A DNA stretch of 64,000 bases from Flavobacteriales bacterium (lineage in GTDB: Bacteria; Bacteroidota; Bacteroidia; Flavobacteriales; CAJXXR01). Under the pieces are notes generated by a model. The model was not told the DNA's origin. It searched no databases and saw only the letters and a program-made list of their open reading frames with translations. This document shows positions 1-8,039 of this stretch, one piece after another (the first letter of the stretch is position 1; the number at the start of each line of letters is the position of its first letter). The stretch is from NCBI GenBank assembly GCA_049607525.1, contig JBMYWP010000006.1, positions 9,862 to 73,861 of the forward strand, in the 5' to 3' direction. Both the position numbers and the translations under genes were made by a program.

Positions 1-1272
1 GACCAAGATTTCGAAACCACATACAACAATGTGTGGCACTTAAAAAAAGTTGATATTGAAAACCACAGATTAAACTACTCTTCAATTGGCTATATTGTGC
101 CAGATGACATTGCCAATTGGCCAGCAAATGGAAATGTTTCAAACGGTGAAAATTTAAGATTGGCACCATTTTCAGATATTAATAATAATGATATTTATGA
201 ACCAGAATTAGGAGACTTCCCTTTAATTCGAGGTGATGAAGCCATGTTTATAATCTATAATGATCAAAGAGAAAATCATGGTTCATCTGGAGGGCAAAAA
301 ATAAAAGCAGAAATTCATTTAATGATTTATGCTTATGATACAGATGATTTTAATAAAAATGTATACTATATGCATTACGATATTTATAATCGAAACCAAA
401 CTCTTTCCTTTTCAAATTTTACAGTATCCAATTTTAATGATTTTGATTTAGGATTAGCATGGGACGATTTTAATGGTACTCATGTCACTGAAAACATGGT
501 TTATGTTTACAATGGTGATAGTATTGATGAAGATAATTATGGACAAAATCCACCAATTTATGCGACTAAATTGTTAAATATGGATATGACATCTTCAATA
601 AGTTTTAACAATTCATCTAACCTATTCAACGGAAGTCCGGGCTTATATTATGATTACTTTAATTATATGAAAGGGAAGTGGAAGACTGGAGGTTCAATAA
701 TTAATCCAATTGACAGCTCAATTACTAATTTTATTCTACCAGGTGATAGCGATACAACGAATCAAGCCAATTGGAGTGAAATAAACTTAGGAAACGTTCC
801 TGGAGACAGACGCATGTTGCTAACTACAAACATTACAAATTTTAGTCCAGATCAACCTATATGCTTAGATTATGCTGGTATTTATGTTAGAGATACTACA
901 GTTTTTGGTTTGGACCAAATTGAATCCTTAGTAAATGTTTCTCAACAGGTGCAAAATTTTTATGATAACCAATACATCGATTGTCAAGATGTATCAGACT
1001 TATCTTTAATTGACGAAATTGACAATTCTGATATTGGTCAAGTTTCATTATTTCAATTCGATCAAACATTAGAAATTACACTAAAAGAACCATTAGATTT
1101 TGATCTTCAGATAACAATTACAGATGCACTAGGAAAACAATTGTATTCAAATACATTAGAATCCAATGAAATGAATAAAACAATAAACACATCACAAATA
1201 TCTTCGCAAATTGTATTTGTTACTCTTCAATCTAAAAATAGCGCATACAGCAATAAGGTTATCATCAAATAA
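1..1272 (+). CDS. T9SS type A sorting domain-containing secreted protein (5'-truncated by the window edge), paralog of 1547..3121
   Basis: Frame is open from base 1 (DQDFETTYNNVWHL...). C-terminus ITDALGKQLYS...YSNKVIIK is a typical T9SS CTD. Collinear with the next gene. Confidence 0.85.
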   Translation, partial: DQDFETTYNNVWHLKKVDIENHRLNYSSIGYIVPDDIANWPANGNVSNGENLRLAPFSDINNNDIYEPELGDFPLIRGDEAMFIIYNDQRENHGSSGGQKIKAEIHLMIYAYDTDDFNKNVYYMHYDIYNRNQTLSFSNFTVSNFNDFDLGLAWDDFNGTHVTENMVYVYNGDSIDEDNYGQNPPIYATKLLNMDMTSSISFNNSSNLFNGSPGLYYDYFNYMKGKWKTGGSIINPIDSSITNFILPGDSDTTNQANWSEINLGNVPGDRRMLLTTNITNFSPDQPICLDYAGIYVRDTTVFGLDQIESLVNVSQQVQNFYDNQYIDCQDVSDLSLIDEIDNSDIGQVSLFQFDQTLEITLKEPLDFDLQITITDALGKQLYSNTLESNEMNKTINTSQISSQIVFVTLQSKNSAYSNKVIIK

Positions 1273-1331
1273 AAAAGACTTATTCAAAAAAACAGGCTTG
1301 TGAAATTGGTTTCGCAAGCTTGTTTTTTGTT
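841..1331 (+). repeat. Direct repeat copy 1: 3' end of gene plus terminator (copy 2 at 2690..3181)
   Basis: Alignment at offset 1849: about 10 differences in the first ~126 bp, identical over ~967-1223, 3 more substitutions, and a 1-bp A indel in the 3' UTR. Confidence 0.95.
1286..1328 (+). terminator. Rho-independent terminator
   Basis: aaaaaacaggcttgtgaaa-ttgg-tttcgcaagcttgtttttt hairpin with G-U pairs and a U tract. Confidence 0.8.
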
Positions 1332-1546
1332 ATTAATAATTATATAAATGACATTAAACACTGGTCTTCTTCCGATTAAACACATTACTCTTTGTTTAGA
1401 AAAAAAACATTTAAATGTACCAATTGGCGAAATAATAGAGATTATAGAAATTGATGTTTAATTTAGAATGAATACAAATAGATTATGTTAACATACGTTA
1501 ATTCAAATTATTCTATAAATTAGTTTCAAACTAAAAATTAAATATT

Positions 1547-3121
1547 ATGAATTTAAAACTATTTATTATCACCGGATTAATTTCTACATTTTCTTTTTCT
1601 CAAACAACTTATCAGCTCGACAGTATTACCATTAACAATTTAAAAATCGTAGCATCATCAAATGGAGATCTTCATTATAACAATTTAAACACACATTCTG
1701 AAATGCCTAATGGAAGTGGTTTGACAAGTAACTTTTTACAAAACCTTTGGATAGGCGGTATTGATGAAAACAATGAATTAAGATTAGCTGCTCAAACTTA
1801 TGGTCAAAGTGGAGACGATTTTTGGCCAGGACCTGTAGGTGATACCTATGATGCTGTATATGAGTCTAATTATAACAAAGTCTGGCATCTTTACAAAACC
1901 GACATCGAAAACCATAGAACAAACTTTAATTCGACAGGTTATGTTGTTCCTGATGATATCGCCAATTGGCCTGGAAATGGGAACTTATCCAATGGTGAAG
2001 CTCAAAACTTAGCGCCTTATTCAGACTTAAACAACAACGATATTTATGAACCTGAACTTGGGGACTTTCCATTAATCCGTGGTGATGAAGCCATTTACAT
2101 CATATACAATGATCATAAAGAAAATCATGGACTTTCTGGAGGACAGAAAATAAAAGCCGAAATCCATTTAATGATTTACGCCTATAATTCAAACAATTTT
2201 AATAATGATGTGTATTATATGCATTACGACATCTATAATAGAAACCAAAATTTATCGTTTTCAAACTTTATTGTGACAAATTTTAATGATTGTGACCTAG
2301 GATATGCGTTTGATGATTATGTAGGGACGCATATTACCGAAAACATGACATTCATATACAATGGCGACAGTTTAGATGAAGGATATTATGGTGAGAACCC
2401 ACCTATATTTGCGACAAAACTGATGAATCACGATATTTCTGCAAGTATACTTTTCAATAATAGCTTTAACTCTTTTTCTAGTTCACCTCAAATTTCAACA
2501 GAGTTTTATAATTATATGATAGGAAAATGGAAAGATGGAACACCGCTTTACAACCTAGTGGATAGTTCGATTACAACGTTTATGTATCCAGGAGAAAGTG
2601 ATACAATTAACCAAGCCAATTGGAGTGAAATAAACACTAACAATGTTCCTGACGACAGACGAATGTTAATGAGTACAATAATACCAACCTTCAGTCCAGA
2701 TCAACCTATTTGTTTAGATTATGCCGGTATTTATGTTAGAGATACTACAGTTTTTGGTTTAGACCAAATTGAATCTTTAGTGGAGGTTTCTCAACAGGTG
2801 CAAAATTTTTATGACAACCAATACATCGATTGTCAAGATGTATCAGACTTATCTTTAATTGACGAAATTGACAATTCTGATATTGGTCAAGTTTCATTAT
2901 TTCAATTCGATCAAACATTAGAAATTACACTAAAAGAACCATTAGATTTTGATCTTCAGATAACAATTACAGATGCACTAGGAAAACAATTGTATTCAAA
3001 TACATTAGAATCCAATGAAATGAATAAAACAATAAACACATCACAAATATCTTCGCAAATTGTATTTGTTACCCTTCAATCTAAAAATAATGCATACAGC
3101 AATAAGGTTATCATCAAATAA
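1547..3121 (+). CDS. T9SS type A sorting domain-containing secreted protein, function unknown
   Basis: Signal peptide MNLKLFIITGLISTFSFSQ (N-terminal Gln after cleavage), LWIGG...AAQTY...DFWPGP motifs, C-terminal CTD ending KVIIK. Confidence 0.9.
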   Translation: MNLKLFIITGLISTFSFSQTTYQLDSITINNLKIVASSNGDLHYNNLNTHSEMPNGSGLTSNFLQNLWIGGIDENNELRLAAQTYGQSGDDFWPGPVGDTYDAVYESNYNKVWHLYKTDIENHRTNFNSTGYVVPDDIANWPGNGNLSNGEAQNLAPYSDLNNNDIYEPELGDFPLIRGDEAIYIIYNDHKENHGLSGGQKIKAEIHLMIYAYNSNNFNNDVYYMHYDIYNRNQNLSFSNFIVTNFNDCDLGYAFDDYVGTHITENMTFIYNGDSLDEGYYGENPPIFATKLMNHDISASILFNNSFNSFSSSPQISTEFYNYMIGKWKDGTPLYNLVDSSITTFMYPGESDTINQANWSEINTNNVPDDRRMLMSTIIPTFSPDQPICLDYAGIYVRDTTVFGLDQIESLVEVSQQVQNFYDNQYIDCQDVSDLSLIDEIDNSDIGQVSLFQFDQTLEITLKEPLDFDLQITITDALGKQLYSNTLESNEMNKTINTSQISSQIVFVTLQSKNNAYSNKVIIK

Positions 3122-3181
3122 AAAAGACTTATTCAAAAAAAACAGGCTTGTGAAATTGGTTTCGCAAGCTTGTTTTTTGTT
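2690..3181 (+). repeat. Direct repeat copy 2: 3' end of gene plus terminator
   Basis: Near-identical to 841..1331. Confidence 0.95.
3136..3178 (+). terminator. Rho-independent terminator, probably bidirectional
   Basis: Same hairpin as 1286..1328, with A and T tracts on both sides, between convergent genes. Confidence 0.8.
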
Positions 3182-3217
3182 TTATAAATCTATTAAACAT
3201 GTAATAGAATTACATTA

Positions 3218-3763
3218 TTATTCCACATTCATTTTAGTATCAAACCCATCTATACTTTTGGCGTTTTTTTCTTTCCAGTACGCTATTATTTGGTCTTCAC
3301 TTTTATTGTCAGACCACTTTTGTAATGTTTCTCTTTCGCCTTCATAATTCATAAAAGGTACACCATAGCCACATGATGTTTGCACCAGTTCAACATCCAT
3401 TTCTATAAATTGCCTTACACCCGATGTGTTTCTGAACATTGCTGTATATTCTTCAAATTGGTCATCTCTTGGGTGATAAATTTTTGCTTTACCATATAAT
3501 CTTAAAATTAAAGGTTGCTTTTCGAAAGAACAAAACATTATTGTCATTCTATTATTAATGAGCAAATGTGCCGCCGTTTCGTTCCCACTCCCGGTCAAAT
3601 TCATCCAAACAATGCGTTTGTTGTTCAATACACGAAAAGAATCCATACCTTTTGGCGACAAATTAACCGTTCCAGTATCTCCAGCAGTGGCAACAAAAAA
3701 CATATGTTGCTTATTAATAAAATCTATTTGCTTTTTTGGTATTTCTTGATATTTGCTCCCCAT
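3218..3763 (-). CDS. Pyridoxamine 5'-phosphate oxidase family FMN-binding protein
   Basis: FFVATA...VNLSPKG, TGSGNETAAH, RMTIMFCSF and VQTSCGYGVP motifs. Confidence 0.9.
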   Translation of the reverse strand: MGSKYQEIPKKQIDFINKQHMFFVATAGDTGTVNLSPKGMDSFRVLNNKRIVWMNLTGSGNETAAHLLINNRMTIMFCSFEKQPLILRLYGKAKIYHPRDDQFEEYTAMFRNTSGVRQFIEMDVELVQTSCGYGVPFMNYEGERETLQKWSDNKSEDQIIAYWKEKNAKSIDGFDTKMNVE

Positions 3764-3871
3764 TATCCAATTAATTTTTGTGCAAACTACAAATTGTAAT
3801 ACAAAAACAAAACGCTATTTAGAAGAATTAACCTTTGTAAATATGAATTAAACACATCATAAATAATCAAC

Positions 3872-3905
3872 TATTCAATAGTTTTATTGAATAATACTAT
3901 ATTTG
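3872..3905 (+). promoter_or_regulatory. Palindromic operator (probable ArsR site) next to a Bacteroidota -7 promoter element
   Basis: Perfect 9-bp inverted repeat tattcaata-gttt-tattgaata (3872-3893) followed by TATATTTG (3898-3905, matches TAnnTTTG), ~20 bp before the ArsR ATG. Confidence 0.7.
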
Positions 3906-3924
3906 CATCGAAACCCAACTAAAA

Positions 3925-4554
3925 ATGGAAAATAAAAAGGAATTTCAATCATCAATTTTTTCGGAAATATCACGTATAACAAAAGCTATTTCGAATAATA
4001 ATCGCATGGAAATCATACATTTTATTGCAAATGGAGAAAAATCTGTAGAAGAAATTGCTAAACAAACTGGACTTAGTTTTGCCAATGCATCACAGCATTT
4101 ACAAAATCTAAAAAAAGAAAGACTTGTAAAAATCCATAAAAAAGGTGTTCAGGTTTATTATTCTCTTGCAACACCAGAAGTGTATTTAGCATGGAAAGGA
4201 TTACGAGATCTGGCTTTATCTATTTCTTTACCTTTAAAAGATACGTTTAGTGCCATGACAAAGGAATGTAAGATGATTACTTCAAATACTTTTGATGAAT
4301 TTAGTAATCGACAAGATATTTTTTGGATTGATGTAAGACCAAAAGACGAATTTGGTTACAAACATTTTCCAAAAGCACAATCTTTTCCACTTGTTGAGTT
4401 AGAAAGTAGGTTATCGGAATTACCAAAAGACAAACTCATTGTGGCATACTGCCGTGGAAAATTTTGTACAATGGCCGATGAAGCTGTTATCATCCTTAAA
4501 AAACATGGATTTAATGCCGTGAGAATAGAAGAAAATATTTTGGAAATATGTTAA
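3925..4554 (+). CDS. ArsR/SmtB family regulator fused to a rhodanese domain
   Basis: N-terminal wHTH (RMEII...KSVEEIA...ANASQHLQNL) and C-terminal rhodanese (IDVRPKDEF...H, YCRGKFC active-site loop). Confidence 0.92.
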   Translation: MENKKEFQSSIFSEISRITKAISNNNRMEIIHFIANGEKSVEEIAKQTGLSFANASQHLQNLKKERLVKIHKKGVQVYYSLATPEVYLAWKGLRDLALSISLPLKDTFSAMTKECKMITSNTFDEFSNRQDIFWIDVRPKDEFGYKHFPKAQSFPLVELESRLSELPKDKLIVAYCRGKFCTMADEAVIILKKHGFNAVRIEENILEIC

Positions 4555-5516
4555 ATATCATTTTTGCCACTCTTTTAGGAATAGGCTACGGATTTGTTTC
4601 TGTAAAAGGACAGTTTTGTATGAATTCGGGGTTTTCTAATGTCATAAGAAAACAAGATACCACCAAATTGAAGAGTTTTATACTTGCCATATTAATTCCT
4701 TTGGCTATTCTACCTATTGTGTTTTATACTATAAATCAGTTCCCAAACACAAAACATTTAATATCAAACATCACTCCACCATCTACTATATTATATGCAA
4801 ATATTATTGGAGGTTTCTTTTTTGGTATTTCAATGTATTACTCGGCTGGTTGTGGGGCCGGAATTTTTTATAAAATTGGTGAGAGAAATTCGGGTGCTTT
4901 ATTATCTGTTCTTGGTTTCATTATTGGTATCTTTCTATTTAAACAACCTTTCATTCAACAACTCTTTTCATTTTTACACTATTTTTCTTTTGACCAACCT
5001 TTTTTGTTCACATCTGAATTTACCTTATTAATGGCGACTATTCTATTCATATTGTCTTCAATATCAATTTATGTATTATTAAAAAAGAAAGACCATTATC
5101 CTTCTGGCGCAGTTTGGGGCTGGAAAAAAACTGGAGTTCTAGTTGGAATTATTGGCGTTTTAGGCTGGATTACCGCCTTGTATTTTCAAAACTCTTATAG
5201 TATTGCCATCATACCAGGGGTTCAAGAATTATTATCATTCCACTTTTCTTGGGGATTTGCCATGCTTATCGGAATCATTATTGGCGCTTATCTGGCTTCA
5301 GACAAGTCCAAAACATTTTCTAAACCTAAACAAACCATTATTGGAAAACGAATTCTTGGAGGAATTGGATTAGGAATTTCGGGTAGTTTGGCCACAGGCT
5401 GCACTGTTGGTCATGGATTAACCTTCACGCCTCTTTTAGGATTAGGAAGTATAATTACCATTGTTTTTATTTTTCTTGGAAGTGGATTCATGGGGTATTT
5501 AACACGAAAAAAATAG
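4548..5516 (+). CDS. YeeE/YedE (TsuA-like) thiosulfate/sulfur-compound transporter
   Basis: Multi-pass membrane protein with three Cys motifs GQFCMNSG, AGCGAG, ATGCTVG. Overlaps the ArsR stop. Confidence 0.88.
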   Translation: MLNIIFATLLGIGYGFVSVKGQFCMNSGFSNVIRKQDTTKLKSFILAILIPLAILPIVFYTINQFPNTKHLISNITPPSTILYANIIGGFFFGISMYYSAGCGAGIFYKIGERNSGALLSVLGFIIGIFLFKQPFIQQLFSFLHYFSFDQPFLFTSEFTLLMATILFILSSISIYVLLKKKDHYPSGAVWGWKKTGVLVGIIGVLGWITALYFQNSYSIAIIPGVQELLSFHFSWGFAMLIGIIIGAYLASDKSKTFSKPKQTIIGKRILGGIGLGISGSLATGCTVGHGLTFTPLLGLGSIITIVFIFLGSGFMGYLTRKK

Positions 5517-5533
5517 ATCAAAACATATAAAAA

Positions 5534-6409
5534 ATGAACAAATATTATCAAATCTTCAAGACATCTTTTTCAGATTATGCATCTTATTTGTGGAGAGAAG
5601 TTACAATTCCTTCAGATCATAACTATTTCTATCTTTTAATTGGATTATCACTATTCGTCTGGCTACTTGAAATCCTTTTACCATGGAGGAAAAATCAAAA
5701 TAAAATGCGTAAAGACTTCTGGCTAGATGGGTTTTACATGTTTTTTAATTTCTTTCTTTTTTCTTTGATCGGCTATAATGCCATATCGAATATTGGTGTA
5801 GAACTATTCAATCAATTTTTAGGAAATTTCGGCATCCATAATTTGGTTGCAGTCGAAATAGGTAGTTGGCCAAGACTTCTGCAATTGTTAACTTATTTTC
5901 TTTTAGCCGATTTCATTCAATGGAATGTTCACAGACTTTTACACCGAGTGCCTTGGCTTTGGGAATTTCATAAGTTACACCATTCTGTAAAAGAAATGGG
6001 ATTTGCAGCCCACCTACGTTTTCACTGGATGGAAACCATTGTGTATAAATCAATCATGTTCATTCCTCTTTCTATGATCGGGTTTTCAATAACAGATATG
6101 TTTATTGTTCATGCTATTTCTGTTTTTATAGGGCATTTAAACCATGCCAATTTAAATTGGGATTATGGAATTTTTAAATATATTCTCAACAACCCTAAAA
6201 TGCATTTATGGCATCATGTAAAAAAACTACCTGAAAACCACCCACATGGAATAAATTATGGAATTTCTCTAAGTATATGGGATTACCTTTTTGGAACGGC
6301 CCATGTAGAAGAAAAAGGTGGAGATATTGAACTTGGATTTGATGACGAAAAAGAATTTCCTGAAACATTTTTTGCACAAATATTTTATCCATTTTGGAAA
6401 AATAAATAA
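5534..6409 (+). CDS. Sterol desaturase / fatty acid hydroxylase superfamily protein
   Basis: His boxes HRLLH, HKLHH, HLNH, HLWHH and the NYG..LSIWDYLFGT motif. Confidence 0.92.
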   Translation: MNKYYQIFKTSFSDYASYLWREVTIPSDHNYFYLLIGLSLFVWLLEILLPWRKNQNKMRKDFWLDGFYMFFNFFLFSLIGYNAISNIGVELFNQFLGNFGIHNLVAVEIGSWPRLLQLLTYFLLADFIQWNVHRLLHRVPWLWEFHKLHHSVKEMGFAAHLRFHWMETIVYKSIMFIPLSMIGFSITDMFIVHAISVFIGHLNHANLNWDYGIFKYILNNPKMHLWHHVKKLPENHPHGINYGISLSIWDYLFGTAHVEEKGGDIELGFDDEKEFPETFFAQIFYPFWKNK

Positions 6410-6601
6410 ACCACCCCACTGCTACCACAGCACCCCTCCAATGAGGGGAAGTTAGAACGGAAAAATTCTCCTCCCGTGGAGGAGTGGCAACGAAGTTGAC
6501 GTAGTGGTTAAAATTAGTGATGAGATTTGAGTTATGAATGATGAGTTTTTTTTTATCGAAAAGAAACTTCAAAAAACACCCTATAGTCGCCTCAATAGAA
6601 T
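6409..6601. repeat. REP-like inverted pair, 7-bp tandem array and a degenerate REP copy
   Basis: Arm 1 6409-6450 (cccctccaatgagggg hairpin), inverted arm 2 6466-6509 (ctcctcccgtggaggag), heptamers gtgatga/gatttga/gttatga/atgatga at 6517-6544, and acaccctatagtcgcctcaatagaat (6576-6601) resembling 7918-7944. Confidence 0.75.
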
Positions 6602-6652
6602 ACTTGATTTTCAAAATCCAATACAAAACATTAACCACGAAAAAACGAACAT

Positions 6653-7609
6653 CTAATACAAAACCCTTTTAACAATCTCCCTTATATTCTCCGATTTCCC
6701 CATAGAAAAATAATGTAAAACCGGTACTCCAAACTTTATCAGCTCTTGAGATTGGTGGATGGCCCACTCAATACCTAAAGCTTTTACATCGGCATTGGTT
6801 TTGCATTTCATAACTTCAGAAGCCAATTCGTCTGGTAAGTCAACAAAGAATTTATGAGGCAACATAGACATTTGTCTTTTGGACGCCAGAGGTTTTATTC
6901 CTGGAATGATGGGTACTTCAATTCCTGCGGCTCTACATTTTGCAACAAAATCGTAATATTTCTGATTGTCAAAAAACATTTGCGTGATTAAGAACTCAGC
7001 TCCTGCTTCTACTTTTTGCTTTAGATAATGAATGTCCATATCTAAATTTGGCGATTCCATGTGTTTTTCTGGATATGCTGCCGCTCCAATACAAAAATTA
7101 GTTGCGGAAGTATTTTCCAAATCTTCATCTAAATACTGTCCTTTGTTTAAATCCTGAATTTGATGTATCAGTTCACTGGCATAAGCATGTCCATTTTCTT
7201 CGGGAATAAAATACGGCTCACTTTTAACGGCATCACCTCTTAAAGCCAAAACATTGTCAATTTCTAAGAAATCTAAATCGATTAAAAAATTCTCTGTATC
7301 TTCCTTACTAAAACCTCCACAAAGCACATGAGGAATGGTATCTATTTTAAATTTAGATTGTAAAGCCGCACAAATTCCAACCGTTCCAGGACGTTTACGC
7401 ACCACCTTTTTTTCGTGAAGATTATTATTCACCTTTTTAAAAATATATTCTTCCCTATGGTAGGTTACATTAATAAAAGATGGATTGCAATCCCGAACAG
7501 TTTCTATAGAATCATAAACCGATTTTATGTCCTGCCCTTTTAATGGAGGCAAAACCTCTAAACTAAATAATGTACTTTTTGCCTTTTGTATATGTTCTGT
7601 TACTTTCAT
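6653..7609 (-). CDS. metF: Methylenetetrahydrofolate reductase
   Basis: FSLEVLPP, FINVTY, LALRGD, AAYPEKH and ITQMFFD motifs; downstream of metH. Confidence 0.96.
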   Translation of the reverse strand: MKVTEHIQKAKSTLFSLEVLPPLKGQDIKSVYDSIETVRDCNPSFINVTYHREEYIFKKVNNNLHEKKVVRKRPGTVGICAALQSKFKIDTIPHVLCGGFSKEDTENFLIDLDFLEIDNVLALRGDAVKSEPYFIPEENGHAYASELIHQIQDLNKGQYLDEDLENTSATNFCIGAAAYPEKHMESPNLDMDIHYLKQKVEAGAEFLITQMFFDNQKYYDFVAKCRAAGIEVPIIPGIKPLASKRQMSMLPHKFFVDLPDELASEVMKCKTNADVKALGIEWAIHQSQELIKFGVPVLHYFSMGKSENIREIVKRVLY

Positions 7610-7631
7610 ATTTTTTCTTTTTACTTGGGTT

Positions 7632-8039
7632 GGGTTCGACTCCGCTCACTCTGCCCTACATCACCTTTTTTTAGTTATGAGTTATGAACGATGAGTTATG
7701 AGTTCGTAGATTTTAGTTATTAATTATGAACGATGAGTATTGAATCAGTATCCCCTTGAGGGGATCAAAGGGATGTTTTCTTATTTAGTTTTGGAAAACA
7801 AGAGATGAACATCCCCCGAGCCCCCTTCAAAGGGGGAGTGAAACTCAAAACTCAGCACTCAAAACTCATAACTCATAACTCATAACTAACATCTAACCAC
7901 TAACAGGTAACATGAAACACCCCTATGATCCCCTCAAAGGGATAGTGCAATCTCGGCACTCAGCACTCAAAACTCAGCACTCATAACTAAAAACTAACCA
8001 TTAACCACTAACCACTAACCACTAACCACTAAAATCTAC
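7632..8039. repeat. Composite intergenic repeat: three REP-like hairpin units and three 7-bp tandem arrays
   Basis: gggttcgactccgctcactc (7632-7651); 11 gttatga-type heptamers 7674-7750; REP 7751-7776; inverted REP 7809-7837; reverse heptamers 7841-7917; REP 7918-7944; heptamers 7949-8039. Confidence 0.9.

Noticed and set aside
841-3181. Diversity-generating retroelement TR/VR pair
   Set aside because: Differences are not adenine-specific, both copies are coding, and no reverse transcriptase is present in the window.
6195-6638. 147-aa minus-strand ORF
   Set aside because: Antisense to the desaturase and runs through the REP/heptamer repeat; not protein-like.
7674-8039. CRISPR array
   Set aside because: Period is 7 bp with no unique spacers and no cas genes.
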